Shown here one piece after another: positions 7,757 to 17,893 of a stretch of 64,000 nucleotides of DNA (its first letter is position 1; every line of letters starts with the position of its first letter). Source of the DNA: Acidobacteriota bacterium (GTDB taxonomy: Bacteria; Acidobacteriota; Holophagae; Thermotomaculales; Thermotomaculaceae); contig DAINNF010000002.1 of NCBI GenBank assembly GCA_036736005.1, forward strand, positions 193-64,192, read 5' to 3'. A model generated the notes under the pieces. It worked only from the letters and a program-made list of their open reading frames with translations. It was not told the origin of the DNA and did no database searches. A program made the translations under genes and the position numbers.

Positions 7757-8835
7757 GGCAACGGGCACTGGTTGCGGGCGCCCGGTTTCCGGATACCGAT
7801 CCTGCCACGCTGGAAGATCATCTCGATGAACTGGTCCGATTGCTCGACACACTGGGTGTGACGGCGGAGGGAATGGCCGTTCAGCGGATGGGACAGCCCC
7901 GCGCAGGAACATACTTCGGGCCCGGTTTCATCCGTTCAGAGATTGACCGGTTCCAGCCGGACCTGCTGGTGGCGGAGGCCAACCTTTCCCCGGCACAGGC
8001 ACGGAACCTGGAGGAAATTGCGGGCGTCCCGGTGATGGACCGCACCCAGGTGATTCTGGAGATTTTTGACCGCCATGCAAGAACCAAAGAGGCGCGCGTT
8101 CAGGTTGAGCTGGCGCAGTTGCGATACCGGAGAACCGGGTTGCGGCGCACCGATGACCAACTGGCCCAACAGGTCGGGGCCATCGGGGTGCGGGGCGGTA
8201 AAGGGGAAAAACGTATCGAACTGGACCGGCGGACGCTGGACAAGCGAATCGCCACCCTGAAGCGGGAGTTGAGAAAGATCGAAAAACAGCGCGAATTGAC
8301 GCTGAAGAAGCGGCGGGAGTCGTTCAGCGTGGCGTTGGTCGGGTATACCAATGCGGGCAAGTCCACCCTGCTGAACCGGTTGACTCGGGAACAGGTCCGC
8401 TCGGGCAACCGGCTTTTCGTGACACTGGACACCACCAGCCGGAAGTGGTTCCTGGCACCGGATGACTGGACCGTTCTTTCGGATACGGTGGGATTCATCC
8501 GCAACCTGCCTCATCTGCTGGTTGCCAGTTTCCGGTCCACCTTCGGGGTTGCGGATGCAGCTTCTGTGTTGATTCATGTTGCCGATCTGACCGCCGCGGA
8601 CATGCAGGAGCAGATTGATGTGGTACAGCAGACACTGCAGGAGATGGAACTGGACGATCGCCCCTTGCTGCTGGTATTCAACAAGTCGGATGCGGTGGAG
8701 CCTCGGACCGTGCAGCGTTTTCTCAACCTGTATCCCGGGTCGATTGCGGTATCGGCTCTGTCCGGAAGCGGTTTGGACGAACTGAAGACGCGCATATCGG
8801 AATGGAAATCCCGTTTTCCGGCCGTTCGAAGTTAG
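7753..8835 (+). CDS. hflX: GTPase HflX
   Basis: HflX N-domain followed by G motifs (VALVGYTNAGKSTLLNRLT, DTVGF, NKSD). I prefer the ATG at 7753 (ATGA overlap with the lnt stop) over the track start at 7729. Confidence 0.9.
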   Translation: MRQRALVAGARFPDTDPATLEDHLDELVRLLDTLGVTAEGMAVQRMGQPRAGTYFGPGFIRSEIDRFQPDLLVAEANLSPAQARNLEEIAGVPVMDRTQVILEIFDRHARTKEARVQVELAQLRYRRTGLRRTDDQLAQQVGAIGVRGGKGEKRIELDRRTLDKRIATLKRELRKIEKQRELTLKKRRESFSVALVGYTNAGKSTLLNRLTREQVRSGNRLFVTLDTTSRKWFLAPDDWTVLSDTVGFIRNLPHLLVASFRSTFGVADAASVLIHVADLTAADMQEQIDVVQQTLQEMELDDRPLLLVFNKSDAVEPRTVQRFLNLYPGSIAVSALSGSGLDELKTRISEWKSRFPAVRS

Positions 8836-8916
8836 TCAACCGGTTGCGCTTCCTCGATTCTGGACGACATTATCTGGTAAACTGAAGATCACCAGCATCA
8901 ATGGAGGATAAAATTC

Positions 8917-9663
8917 ATGTTCAAATTGAAAGGGAAACGCGCCATTGTGACAGGCGGAACGCGCGGAATCGGACGGGAAGTCTGTCGGATTCTGCACGAG
9001 AATGGAGCCGACGTCATGGCTTCCTATGCCAGCAACAGGGAAGCGGCCGATAGACTGGAGGCGGATTTTCCCGGGATTCATACGTTCGCAGGCGATCTGG
9101 GAGATGAGCTGACGGTTGAAGAGCTGGTCGCGACTGCCTATCAGAAGATGGGCGGCGTCGATATCCTGATCAACAATGCCGGCATCTGGAATTACCTGAA
9201 AGCCGGCAGTCTTCAGGTGGAAGTCTGGGACCACATGATTCGAAACAACCTGCGCTCTGTCTATCTGTTGACTGACCATGTAATTGCACGATGGCTGAAA
9301 GACGGGACAAAGGGGCGGATTGTGCATGTGGCTTCAACCGCCGGCCAGCGGGGAGAAGCGGAGCATGCCCACTATGCCGCTACCAAGGGAGCGATCATCT
9401 CATACACCAAGTCGCTCTCGTCCGAATTGGCCCCGAAGGGAATTATCACCAACTGTGTTGCACCCGGATGGGTGGACACAGAGATGAATACCGGTGTGTT
9501 TGCAGACAACGGACGTGAAACGGTGGCTGCGGGTATCCCGCTGGGACGGATCCCCACGGCGGAGGAGATTGCGTGGCCCATCATCTTTCTGGCTTCCGAA
9601 CTGGCGGCGGCCGTTACCGGTGAGATTTTTAACGTGAACGGGGGCAATGTCTTGTGCGGTTAG
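8917..9663 (+). CDS. SDR-family oxidoreductase (FabG-like)
   Basis: TGGTRGIG cofactor motif, NNAG, and the YAATKGA catalytic Tyr/Lys. Confidence 0.85.
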   Translation: MFKLKGKRAIVTGGTRGIGREVCRILHENGADVMASYASNREAADRLEADFPGIHTFAGDLGDELTVEELVATAYQKMGGVDILINNAGIWNYLKAGSLQVEVWDHMIRNNLRSVYLLTDHVIARWLKDGTKGRIVHVASTAGQRGEAEHAHYAATKGAIISYTKSLSSELAPKGIITNCVAPGWVDTEMNTGVFADNGRETVAAGIPLGRIPTAEEIAWPIIFLASELAAAVTGEIFNVNGGNVLCG

Positions 9664-9692
9664 TCCGCCGGGAATGTGATTCGGAGGGTTTT

Positions 9693-11681
9693 GTGAACCG
9701 TTTATCCGAAAAACCGATCTCCCACCGGCTGTCCGTCATCGTTGTTGCGATCATCCTTCTGCTGGGAGTCGTGTGTGTTCAGGCAGAAACGGCCGGGCTT
9801 GGCGCAGGGGACAATCTGAAAGAAAAGAACCGGGAAGCCGTGGCTCTGCTGGACACCGACCTGGACGCAGCCAGAGAACTGGCCCTCGCCATCGTGCAGG
9901 AAGCCGCTCGACGGGGGGACGTCCGTCAGGAAACAGTGGCGTATCGAACCATCGGCGTGGCCTATGTGTATGAAAACGACTTCAGGAGAGCGGGGGACTA
10001 TTTTGAACGGGCTCACGATCTCGCGGTGCGCAACCAGCTGGACGACCTGTTTCCCTCTCTGCTCAACAACCTGGGGGTGGCATACCGCTACCAGTCTGAT
10101 TACCGGAAAGCGTTGACGTACTTTCAGCAGGCCGCCGATCTCTTTGCAAAAACGGATCGGCCGATCATCCGGGCGCAGTCATTGTTCAATGCAGGTGCCT
10201 GTTATTACTACATGGGCGATTATGAGCACGCAATGGACAAATACCTGGAAGCCAGACGGATCTGGGAGGCCCAGAAACACAAGCCCGGGATTGCGATGGC
10301 GGCCAACGCGATTGCGGTTATCCATGATGAACTGAAGGAATTCGATGCGGCCCTGGAAGGGTATCAGCAATCGTTGAAACTGTTCAAGGAGCTGGGGGAT
10401 AAACGGGGCATGAGTGACCCGCTGAACAACCTGGGAATTCTCTATTACAGCTATCTCAATGATCTCGACACTTCGCTCCAATACCACGAACAAGCGTTGG
10501 AAATCCGACGGGAAACCGGAGACCGGCTGGGTGAGGCCATTTCGTTAAACAATATCGGAAACGTATACAGCGCGAAGGGAGATCTGGACAAGGCACTGCG
10601 TTATTATGTGGACGCGCTGAATATCAAAGAACAACTGGGTGAGAAGGCGGAAATTGCGGTCTCACTCAGGGACATTGGTGATGTGTACCGGGAACAGGGT
10701 GAATATGAACGCGCCATGGGTTATGCGCAGCGTTCACTTGAAGTAGCCAGAGAAGTGGGTGCGCAGAAGGATGTTCGAAGCGTGTTGCGTGATCTGTCCG
10801 ATATTTCCAGGGAGATGGGCAATTATCGCCAGGCTTATGACTACCGCGTCCAGTACGAGGATCTGGATGAATCACTGCGTGGGGAGGAGACATCCCGCAA
10901 AGTGGCCGAGATGATTGCGCGGGAGCGGCTCCACCAGCAGAAAGAACAGATTCGGGTGCTGGAACGTGAATCGGAGAATCGGAAAAATCTCCTGATGGTC
11001 ACCATTCTGGCTGCCTTTCTTTTGCTTCTGGTTGGGTTGGGGGTCTACCTGCAAAGTCGGATGCGCATGCGGATGAATCGGCAACTCCAGCAGAAAAACC
11101 AGCAGATTTCCGCACAGAAAGAAAAGCTGGAAACGCTCAACCGGATTCTGGAAGAGAAATCACAGGAATATTACGTCAGTTCCATTACCGACCCGTTGAC
11201 CGGTATTTTCAACCGGGCTTTCATTATGGAAGTGCTGGAACGGGAGTTGAAGCGGGCACAACGACATGGCGATCCCCTTTCTGTTGTCTTTCTTGACCTG
11301 GACCACTTCAAGTCCGTCAATGACAACCACGGACATGCCGTGGGAGATCTGGTGCTGCGGACCATTTCCCAGCGGGTGCTCCAGTCACTGCGACCGGAGG
11401 ATTATTTCGGCCGGTTTGGTGGAGAGGAATTTCTTCTGGTCCTTCCGGCAACACCGCTTGAAGGGGCGGTTCTGGTTGTGAAGCGCCTTCGGGAACTGGT
11501 ATCCAGAGACCCGGTGCTGGCGGGGGGCGTAGCGCTGAACATCACCCTGAGTGCAGGCATCACCCGGCTGGCCGGAGATCAGAGTGCCACGGCAAAGGAT
11601 CTGGTATCCCGTGCGGATCGTGCATTGTACAGGGCAAAAGAAAACGGCCGGGACCGGATCGAGGTTGATTCTGAAGAATAA
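9693..11681 (+). CDS. TPR-repeat, membrane-anchored diguanylate cyclase (GGDEF) with an intact I-site
   Basis: N-terminal TM, several TPR units, a coiled coil, a second TM, then GGDEF with RPED-YFGRF-GGEEF. GTG at 9693 is preceded by GGAGGG; the track start at 9654 is also possible. Confidence 0.85.
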   Translation: MNRLSEKPISHRLSVIVVAIILLLGVVCVQAETAGLGAGDNLKEKNREAVALLDTDLDAARELALAIVQEAARRGDVRQETVAYRTIGVAYVYENDFRRAGDYFERAHDLAVRNQLDDLFPSLLNNLGVAYRYQSDYRKALTYFQQAADLFAKTDRPIIRAQSLFNAGACYYYMGDYEHAMDKYLEARRIWEAQKHKPGIAMAANAIAVIHDELKEFDAALEGYQQSLKLFKELGDKRGMSDPLNNLGILYYSYLNDLDTSLQYHEQALEIRRETGDRLGEAISLNNIGNVYSAKGDLDKALRYYVDALNIKEQLGEKAEIAVSLRDIGDVYREQGEYERAMGYAQRSLEVAREVGAQKDVRSVLRDLSDISREMGNYRQAYDYRVQYEDLDESLRGEETSRKVAEMIARERLHQQKEQIRVLERESENRKNLLMVTILAAFLLLLVGLGVYLQSRMRMRMNRQLQQKNQQISAQKEKLETLNRILEEKSQEYYVSSITDPLTGIFNRAFIMEVLERELKRAQRHGDPLSVVFLDLDHFKSVNDNHGHAVGDLVLRTISQRVLQSLRPEDYFGRFGGEEFLLVLPATPLEGAVLVVKRLRELVSRDPVLAGGVALNITLSAGITRLAGDQSATAKDLVSRADRALYRAKENGRDRIEVDSEE

Positions 11682-11769
11682 GTGCCGCCGGGAACACCGG
11701 ATAACTTCTTTTCTATCTATGCGGTATGTTTTGCCGGACAAAAAACCTTACTTTTTTGTAAAAAACTTC

Positions 11770-11798
11770 TTGACATCAATTGGCACTGACCATATATT
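11770..11798 (+). promoter_or_regulatory. Near-consensus sigma-70 promoter with an AT-rich UP-like tract
   Basis: TTGACA (11770-11775), 17 nt, TATATT (11793-11798). Preceded by ACAAAAAACCTTACTTTTTTGTAAAAAAC. Confidence 0.6.
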
Positions 11799-11804
11799 GG
11801 GTAT

Positions 11805-11893
11805 AACAGGATTGCGTGAAAACGATTTCTTACCCCCCTTTTTCGTTGTTCAACGCATCATCGCCCGGGTTACCCCACCCGGGCTATTTTTTT
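11805..11893 (+). ncRNA. Candidate ~90-nt small RNA, family unknown
   Basis: Runs from the promoter at 11770-11798 to the terminator at 11863-11893. No plus-strand gene follows (asmA-like is antisense). No ATG lies within the unit. Confidence 0.4.
11863..11893 (+). terminator. Intrinsic terminator
   Basis: GCCCGGG (11863-11869) / CCCGGGC (11878-11884) with an 8-nt loop, then TATTTTTTT (11885-11893). Confidence 0.7.
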
Positions 11894-11910
11894 GCGTCCG
11901 GTTATGGCGA

Positions 11911-14043
11911 CTACTTGAACAGCTTCTTCAGGAGTTTCTTCTTCAGCTGATCGGCGGCGTCTTTGACAATACCCCCGGTATCCGGTTTCACGCTGGGTTT
12001 GCTCCAGGTTCCCGTCACGGTGAACGGGATTTCCACCGGTCCGCTTCCGGTCAGTTTCTTCAGCGTGCCGGGCAGACGCTCGCTTGTTTCCGCAGTCAGG
12101 TTGATTTTCGGTTTGAGGTCCAGATTGCCGGCCAATGAAAAGCGGCCGGTTGCCTGAATGGAAAGGGGTTCGGTTCTCAGGACCGGATCCCCTGTATAAA
12201 TCCATCCGTCTTCAACCGAAAAGGTGCTCTTGATTTCCTTTACCCGTTGTCCGGCCAGCTCCGTGTTGAGGATTTCGGATAGCTGCCGGAGAACCGGCGT
12301 GTCCCGAAGTCTGGTTTCGGAAAGAGAATAGTCCACAGATCCAGTCAGACCATCGCGGATCTGGTCCGTACGATTGCCACTTCCGCTGAGCGTAAACCGA
12401 AAGTCCGCAATACCCCCTTCCAGCGGAAGGCGCCACTTCAGGGTGTCTTTGGGCTTGATCTGTTTTCCATTTCCCGAAACGGTGAACCGGATGCCCTGTC
12501 CGTCAGGCTTGATGGTTGCCTTCATGTCCAGGTCACCGTCCATCACCCGGGCCCGGGTGAGATCGAATTGAACCCGATTGTCATCGGCCTGAAGACGGCC
12601 GTTCAGATCGAGTAGTTCGATGCCGTTGACCAGAAGCCGGTCCGCTGTAATCCCTATCCGATGTCTGACCCCTTCAAAATCGGGGTATGTGACCGGAATG
12701 GGTTCTGCTTGCGTTGCATGGTTCTTCTCTGATCCGTCTTCAACACGTGGCGTTTCTTTGTGGGTAGTAGCGGGCGGAATGGTGGCCCGGTGAATATGCA
12801 CTGCCAGTTCGGTTGTGGGATGATCGGAGAGAAAACTGCCGATTCCTCCCTGCACGGTGGCTTCAAGCCAGTCACCTTCCAGTCTGATTTCCGGTATCCG
12901 GATATCGGGACCCGATACCGACAGCTCACCCGTTACCGCCAGAGGGGGGATTCCTTCAGGGGATGCCTTTACCCGATCAAACTGCAACTGAACATCGGTG
13001 TTGGAACCGGAGATGCGGGCTTTGAGATCAGCCATGCCGTTCAGTGAGAGGGAGGGGGGGAAGGGCGACACGTCCGGTGGAATCAGTCTGGTCAGATCAG
13101 CAACGGGCAGCTCGTGTCCGGTCAGTTGAAGTTCGACCTCCGGTAACAGGTTTCCGCTTCCGGAAAAGAAGAGTTCGCCGATGGAACATTGGCCCTCGGA
13201 AAGCGTGATCTGATCCAGCTTATCGGAAGCGGTTCCGCTGAGGTTGATTTGGAATGGGATGTTTCCTTCGGGAAAACCGGGTTTCAATTCCATGGTCCGT
13301 GTTTCCATCTTCATGTTCCATGCGCGTCCGGATTTCTGCGGTTCAAGCGTCAGTTCAATGTCGGCTTCCAGCTGTGCAATGGGAAGAGGGGCGTCCATCA
13401 GTTCTGCAAGGGAAGCAATATCGGAAACGTCCAGCTCAGCCCGTAGCTTCTCCAGTTGCATCCGGTCATCGATATTACCGCTGACGATCAGACGGTTACC
13501 GGCGGATCCCGGTTGAAAGGAGCCGTCAAACACACCTTCCGGTGTTATCGAAAATTCGATCCCGTTGATCTGAACGGTTTGTCGGGGCCGCACCACCTCC
13601 AGTCTGCCGTTCAGAACGGTTATCAGTCCCACGGGTGGTTTTCCGGGTTCAGATGGCCCTGTGGTGGCGGGTTTATTCTGAGTGGACCCGCTTTTTTCCG
13701 GGCCCAATACCAGCCGGATATGGGGCTGAAGAATAGTGGCTTCCTTCAAGAAAAGCGTTCCGGTCAACAGCTTGAAATAGGACGGCTTCAATTGGATTTC
13801 AGCGGCGGTCATCGTGAAGCCTTCCGGTCCGGATACATCAAGGTCATGCAGGATAATGCCGCTGAACAGGGAGATCTCATGATTGGAGTAAGAGAGACTC
13901 CATCCGGTCCGGTTCTGTACCTGTTTGCTGATGAAGGACCGGATATCCCGGCTTTTCAGCATTTGATATCCCACCAGCGGGATAATGGTAACGACAAGGA
14001 CAAAGACCAGTAATGTGATCAGCAGAATCCGTTTGATTTTCAT
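11911..14043 (-). CDS. AsmA-family outer-membrane biogenesis protein
   Basis: 710 aa with an N-terminal anchor (KRILLITLLVFVLVV). Long beta-rich body with AsmA-like N- and C-terminal regions. Confidence 0.6.
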   Translation of the reverse strand: MKIKRILLITLLVFVLVVTIIPLVGYQMLKSRDIRSFISKQVQNRTGWSLSYSNHEISLFSGIILHDLDVSGPEGFTMTAAEIQLKPSYFKLLTGTLFLKEATILQPHIRLVLGPEKSGSTQNKPATTGPSEPGKPPVGLITVLNGRLEVVRPRQTVQINGIEFSITPEGVFDGSFQPGSAGNRLIVSGNIDDRMQLEKLRAELDVSDIASLAELMDAPLPIAQLEADIELTLEPQKSGRAWNMKMETRTMELKPGFPEGNIPFQINLSGTASDKLDQITLSEGQCSIGELFFSGSGNLLPEVELQLTGHELPVADLTRLIPPDVSPFPPSLSLNGMADLKARISGSNTDVQLQFDRVKASPEGIPPLAVTGELSVSGPDIRIPEIRLEGDWLEATVQGGIGSFLSDHPTTELAVHIHRATIPPATTHKETPRVEDGSEKNHATQAEPIPVTYPDFEGVRHRIGITADRLLVNGIELLDLNGRLQADDNRVQFDLTRARVMDGDLDMKATIKPDGQGIRFTVSGNGKQIKPKDTLKWRLPLEGGIADFRFTLSGSGNRTDQIRDGLTGSVDYSLSETRLRDTPVLRQLSEILNTELAGQRVKEIKSTFSVEDGWIYTGDPVLRTEPLSIQATGRFSLAGNLDLKPKINLTAETSERLPGTLKKLTGSGPVEIPFTVTGTWSKPSVKPDTGGIVKDAADQLKKKLLKKLFK

Positions 14044-14152
14044 GTTGCCTCCAACTTGCCTTCCATTATAGCAGTGACAGGGGCGGGGTGTCGCTCTGTT
14101 CGCGGTACTTTGATATCATGAAAAGAGACTACCTTATTGAATTGGAGTATCC

Positions 14153-15619
14153 ATGAATCGCGTTCAGTTTGCGGGTCGAATCGCCGGTCCTGTTCTCGCG
14201 TGCGTCATGTTGTTTCTCCCGGTTCCGGATGGACTTTCCGTTGCCGGCTGGCGTACAGCCATCGTTGCACTGTGGATGGCTGTCTGGTGGATGACCGAGG
14301 CGTTGCCCCTGGCCGCCACCTCCCTTCTGCCGCTGGTACTGTTCCCGTTCCTGGGCATTTTGCCCATGCGGCAGGCGGCGGCACCCTACGCTCACCATCT
14401 GATCTTTCTGTTTATGGGCGGGTTTCTCATTGCCCGCTCCATGGAACGGTGGGACCTGCACCGCCGGATTGCGCTGGGTACCGTACGTATGTTCGGATTC
14501 AGACCCCGGCGGATGGTACTGGGATTCATGGTGGCAACAGCATTTCTGTCCATGTGGGTGAGCAATACGGCAACCGCCATTATGATGGTTCCCATCGGGA
14601 TGGCCGTGCTGGGTCAGGGGGAAACGCGGCGCCGGAACGGTTCACTGGGTGTGGTCCTGATGCTGGGTATTGCATATTCAGCATCCATCGGCGGCATGGC
14701 CACAATCATCGGTACGCCGCCCAACACGGTGATGGTGGCCATGGTGGACAAACTGTTCGGCCAGACCATTACGTTTCTTCAGTGGATGCTGATCGGCGTG
14801 CCCCTCTCTCTGCTGATGCTGGTGACGACCTGGTGGTTGCTGACGCGGGTTCAGTTTCCGCTTCAGGACAGCGGCGTGATTGCCGGAGGGGATGCGCTGC
14901 TCAATGAACAGTCATCAATGGGGCCCATGACCCCCGCACAGAAGCGGATCGTGGCGGTTGGCGTGCTGGTGGCGTGTGGATGGATTTTCCGCGGCCTGGT
15001 GCACCTGGATTTTCTCAAGGGAGTGGAAGATGCCACCATCGCCATGACCGGTGCCATTCTCCTGTTTCTGATTCCTTCCGGAGATGAACGGGGCAGTTTC
15101 CTGTTGGATTGGGACACGGCCCGTACCATCCCGTGGGGGGTTATGCTCCTGTTCGGCGGCGGTCTGTCGCTGGCAGGTGCCTTCATGAAGAGCGGTCTCG
15201 CTGCGTGGATTGCAACGAAACTGTCCGTGCTTCAGGCGGCCGGCCCCGAGGTACTGATCATAGCGGTTGTGTTGCTGACCCTCTCTCTTACTGAATTGAC
15301 ATCCAACACGGCAACGGCCACCCTCTTTATTCCGCTGGTGGCCGGTCTGGGCATTGCAGTGGGTTCCCATCCGTACGTGATTATGTCCGGTACGGCCATT
15401 GCGGCTTCCTTTGCATTCATGTTGCCTGTGGCAACCCCGCCCAATGCGGTGGTTTTCGGAAGCGGAGAGGTCACCATCGGTCAGATGGTCCGGGCAGGCA
15501 TTCTGCTCAATCTGATCGGTGCCGTGATCAATGTTCTGGTGATCCTCTATCTGTTGCCCCTGGTGTGGGGGCTGGATCTCATGCAGGTACCGGATTGGGC
15601 CAGGATGATTGGAGGATAA
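14153..15619 (+). CDS. SLC13/DASS-family anion:sodium symporter
   Basis: 488 aa polytopic protein with the duplicated SNTAT(A) hairpin motifs (WVSNTATAIMM and ELTSNTATATLFIP). Confidence 0.85.
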   Translation: MNRVQFAGRIAGPVLACVMLFLPVPDGLSVAGWRTAIVALWMAVWWMTEALPLAATSLLPLVLFPFLGILPMRQAAAPYAHHLIFLFMGGFLIARSMERWDLHRRIALGTVRMFGFRPRRMVLGFMVATAFLSMWVSNTATAIMMVPIGMAVLGQGETRRRNGSLGVVLMLGIAYSASIGGMATIIGTPPNTVMVAMVDKLFGQTITFLQWMLIGVPLSLLMLVTTWWLLTRVQFPLQDSGVIAGGDALLNEQSSMGPMTPAQKRIVAVGVLVACGWIFRGLVHLDFLKGVEDATIAMTGAILLFLIPSGDERGSFLLDWDTARTIPWGVMLLFGGGLSLAGAFMKSGLAAWIATKLSVLQAAGPEVLIIAVVLLTLSLTELTSNTATATLFIPLVAGLGIAVGSHPYVIMSGTAIAASFAFMLPVATPPNAVVFGSGEVTIGQMVRAGILLNLIGAVINVLVILYLLPLVWGLDLMQVPDWARMIGG

Positions 15620-15624
15620 GACAA

Positions 15625-17844
15625 ATGCGTGGAGACACGCGCCGTCGTGCACTGCTGTTTCTCATGGTGTCGGTCGGTATGTCGGCATTGACGGTTCAAA
15701 CCGTATTGTTGCGGGAATTGATGGTGGTGAGCTGGGGGAATGAACTGGTGTTCGGCATCGGGTTTTCCTTCTGGCTCATCGGCGTTTTCTGCGGTGCCCT
15801 TTCCGGTTCGGTTATGCTCCGTTCCCGGGAGATTCCGTTCCGAACCACGTTGATGGTCATTTCCGCTTTGCCTGTTCTGGGTATTGTGGGTACGGCATGG
15901 ATCCGTTGCCTGCATCTGACGGGGGGGACACCGGCCGGTCAACTGCCGTCATACGGTGTGGTAGCAGCCGTTGCCGGACCGGCGTTTCTGATTGCTGCGG
16001 TACCGGTTGGATTGACATTTCCTTTTCTGGTGGCCTTGCTGCAGCAACAGTCTGATGGAGCGTCCCGTGAGTCTGCAACACCGGTGTATGTCTCCGAAGC
16101 AATCGGGTCATGCCTGATGGCGCTTCTACTCAGCATGGTCCTGCTGGGTCATGTCTCTTCCATGACACTGATCGCCGGCACCGGTTGCCTGGTGATTCCG
16201 GTTACGGTGTTTTCACCTTATCGAACGGACCGGACTGTGTTTGCGGGAATGATCCTGTTCGCTGCAGTTCTGATCGTGCTGCCGTTGCTGCTGGGAAGAT
16301 GGAGCGAGGACAGGCGATGGCAATCGGTATCGGCAGGGGATCGGATTACCGAGCGGGAAACGCCCTACCAGTTGTTGTCACTGGGCAAGCTGGGCGGTCA
16401 ATATCAACTGATGTCCAATGGCCGGATACAGGACGTATTTCCCGACCGGGTTTCGGAACGGCTCATGGTTGCGGGGCTCCATGCCCAGTGCCCGGATGCC
16501 CGACGCATCCTGATTGTCGGGCCTGTTCCCCAGTCTCTGGAGACCAACATGAGGTCGGCGTTTTCGGCTGAGCTGATTTCCGTGGTCCTTGACGGACAGA
16601 TGAACCGGATGATGGCATCCGGAAGTGATTCAGTGAACGGGGGTGACGATGCCGCCTGCCGGCGCATCACCGGCGATGTGCGTGCCATGCTGCGTGAGCC
16701 TCAGGCGCGCGGATTCGATGACCTGGACCTGGTTGTTCTGCACGGGTCGGAACCGACGGGGACGCTGGGCAATCGACTGTTGACCGTTGAATTCATGCGA
16801 CACCTGTCGACCGCCATGAGCCGGAGCGGGGTACTGGCGGTTTCTCTGCCCGACACCGTGAACTATACGGCGGGAGACATCGCCGGTGTCGGATCTCTCA
16901 TCGCATCAACGGTACAAACCGCATTTCCCCACGTTCTGATCGTTCCCGGTACGCCCCACTGGTTGTATGCCTCCCGTTCCGGCCGGAAACTGGTGACGGA
17001 ACAGGAGGAAATTGTCCGCCGCATCCGAATGCTGGGACGGGACTGGCGCCGGGAAGCGCTGATGGCAGGGGGCGATTATCAACCGGACCGAATCAAACAG
17101 ATAAATGAATCAATGGTCGGTCGCGAGGAACAAACCAATCGGGATGACAGACCGGTTCTGCTCAGCCGATATGCACGGCTGACGGGATGGTATACAGGGA
17201 GCGGGATGTCTGTTCTGCTGGATATGCTGAACCGTCTGCCGTGGATATGGATGATACTGCCGCTGATGCTGATGGGGATTGCACTGTCGGGCGGAAAGCG
17301 GGTCCGGTTGTACATGCCCGTTGGAATCCTGGGGTTTACTGCTATGTCCGTCGTCCTGCTGCTGGTCTACATGTTTCAGGTTCAGGCGGGCTCGGTTTAC
17401 CGACAGATCGCGCTTCTCAGCGGGCTGTTCATGGCAGGCCTTCCGATGGGTGCATGGATGATCCGCCGGCGGCAGCGAAACGAAACGGAACATCCGTTTC
17501 TTTCCCTTCGTACCCCGCTACTGCTGATGATGACCCTGTCGGCGGTGCTCTTGATGGTCTGGCATTCCGGAAACACGAACAGCATCCTGCTTCTCATCAT
17601 CAGTGCCTGTTGCGGGATTGTGTCCGGAACGGTATTCCCCGTTGCGGTGCACCATGTCCGGCAGCTGGAAGAGAACGTTGCCGTGGGATCGGGGCTGGTG
17701 GATGCGTTCGATCATCTGGGGGGCGCAGTGGGAGCATTGCTGGTTGCGTCCTTTCTGATCCCGGGGCTGGGCGTCAGTGGTTCGCTGTTACTGATGATCG
17801 CCGTGTCGGGTATTGGACTGATTGCCGCCGGGGGCCATCGTTGA
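15625..17844 (+). CDS. Polytopic membrane protein with a central spermidine-synthase-like domain whose SAM-binding glycine motif is degenerate
   Basis: TM-rich N- and C-terminal thirds. The central domain has RILIVGPVPQSL where GxGxG is expected, plus LDLVVLHGSEPTGTLGNRLLTVEFM. ATG at 15625 lies 5 nt after the upstream stop. Confidence 0.6.
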   Translation: MRGDTRRRALLFLMVSVGMSALTVQTVLLRELMVVSWGNELVFGIGFSFWLIGVFCGALSGSVMLRSREIPFRTTLMVISALPVLGIVGTAWIRCLHLTGGTPAGQLPSYGVVAAVAGPAFLIAAVPVGLTFPFLVALLQQQSDGASRESATPVYVSEAIGSCLMALLLSMVLLGHVSSMTLIAGTGCLVIPVTVFSPYRTDRTVFAGMILFAAVLIVLPLLLGRWSEDRRWQSVSAGDRITERETPYQLLSLGKLGGQYQLMSNGRIQDVFPDRVSERLMVAGLHAQCPDARRILIVGPVPQSLETNMRSAFSAELISVVLDGQMNRMMASGSDSVNGGDDAACRRITGDVRAMLREPQARGFDDLDLVVLHGSEPTGTLGNRLLTVEFMRHLSTAMSRSGVLAVSLPDTVNYTAGDIAGVGSLIASTVQTAFPHVLIVPGTPHWLYASRSGRKLVTEQEEIVRRIRMLGRDWRREALMAGGDYQPDRIKQINESMVGREEQTNRDDRPVLLSRYARLTGWYTGSGMSVLLDMLNRLPWIWMILPLMLMGIALSGGKRVRLYMPVGILGFTAMSVVLLLVYMFQVQAGSVYRQIALLSGLFMAGLPMGAWMIRRRQRNETEHPFLSLRTPLLLMMTLSAVLLMVWHSGNTNSILLLIISACCGIVSGTVFPVAVHHVRQLEENVAVGSGLVDAFDHLGGAVGALLVASFLIPGLGVSGSLLLMIAVSGIGLIAAGGHR

Positions 17845-17893
17845 CGAAATGGCAGACCGGCTTTACATTGAAAAGTAGTTCTGGAGGTGCGGG

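Noticed and set aside
11551-12138. A 195-aa plus-strand ORF spanning the GGDEF 3' end, the candidate sRNA and the asmA-like 3' end.
   Set aside because: It crosses a strong promoter and a terminator and overlaps two well-supported genes. It has no motifs.
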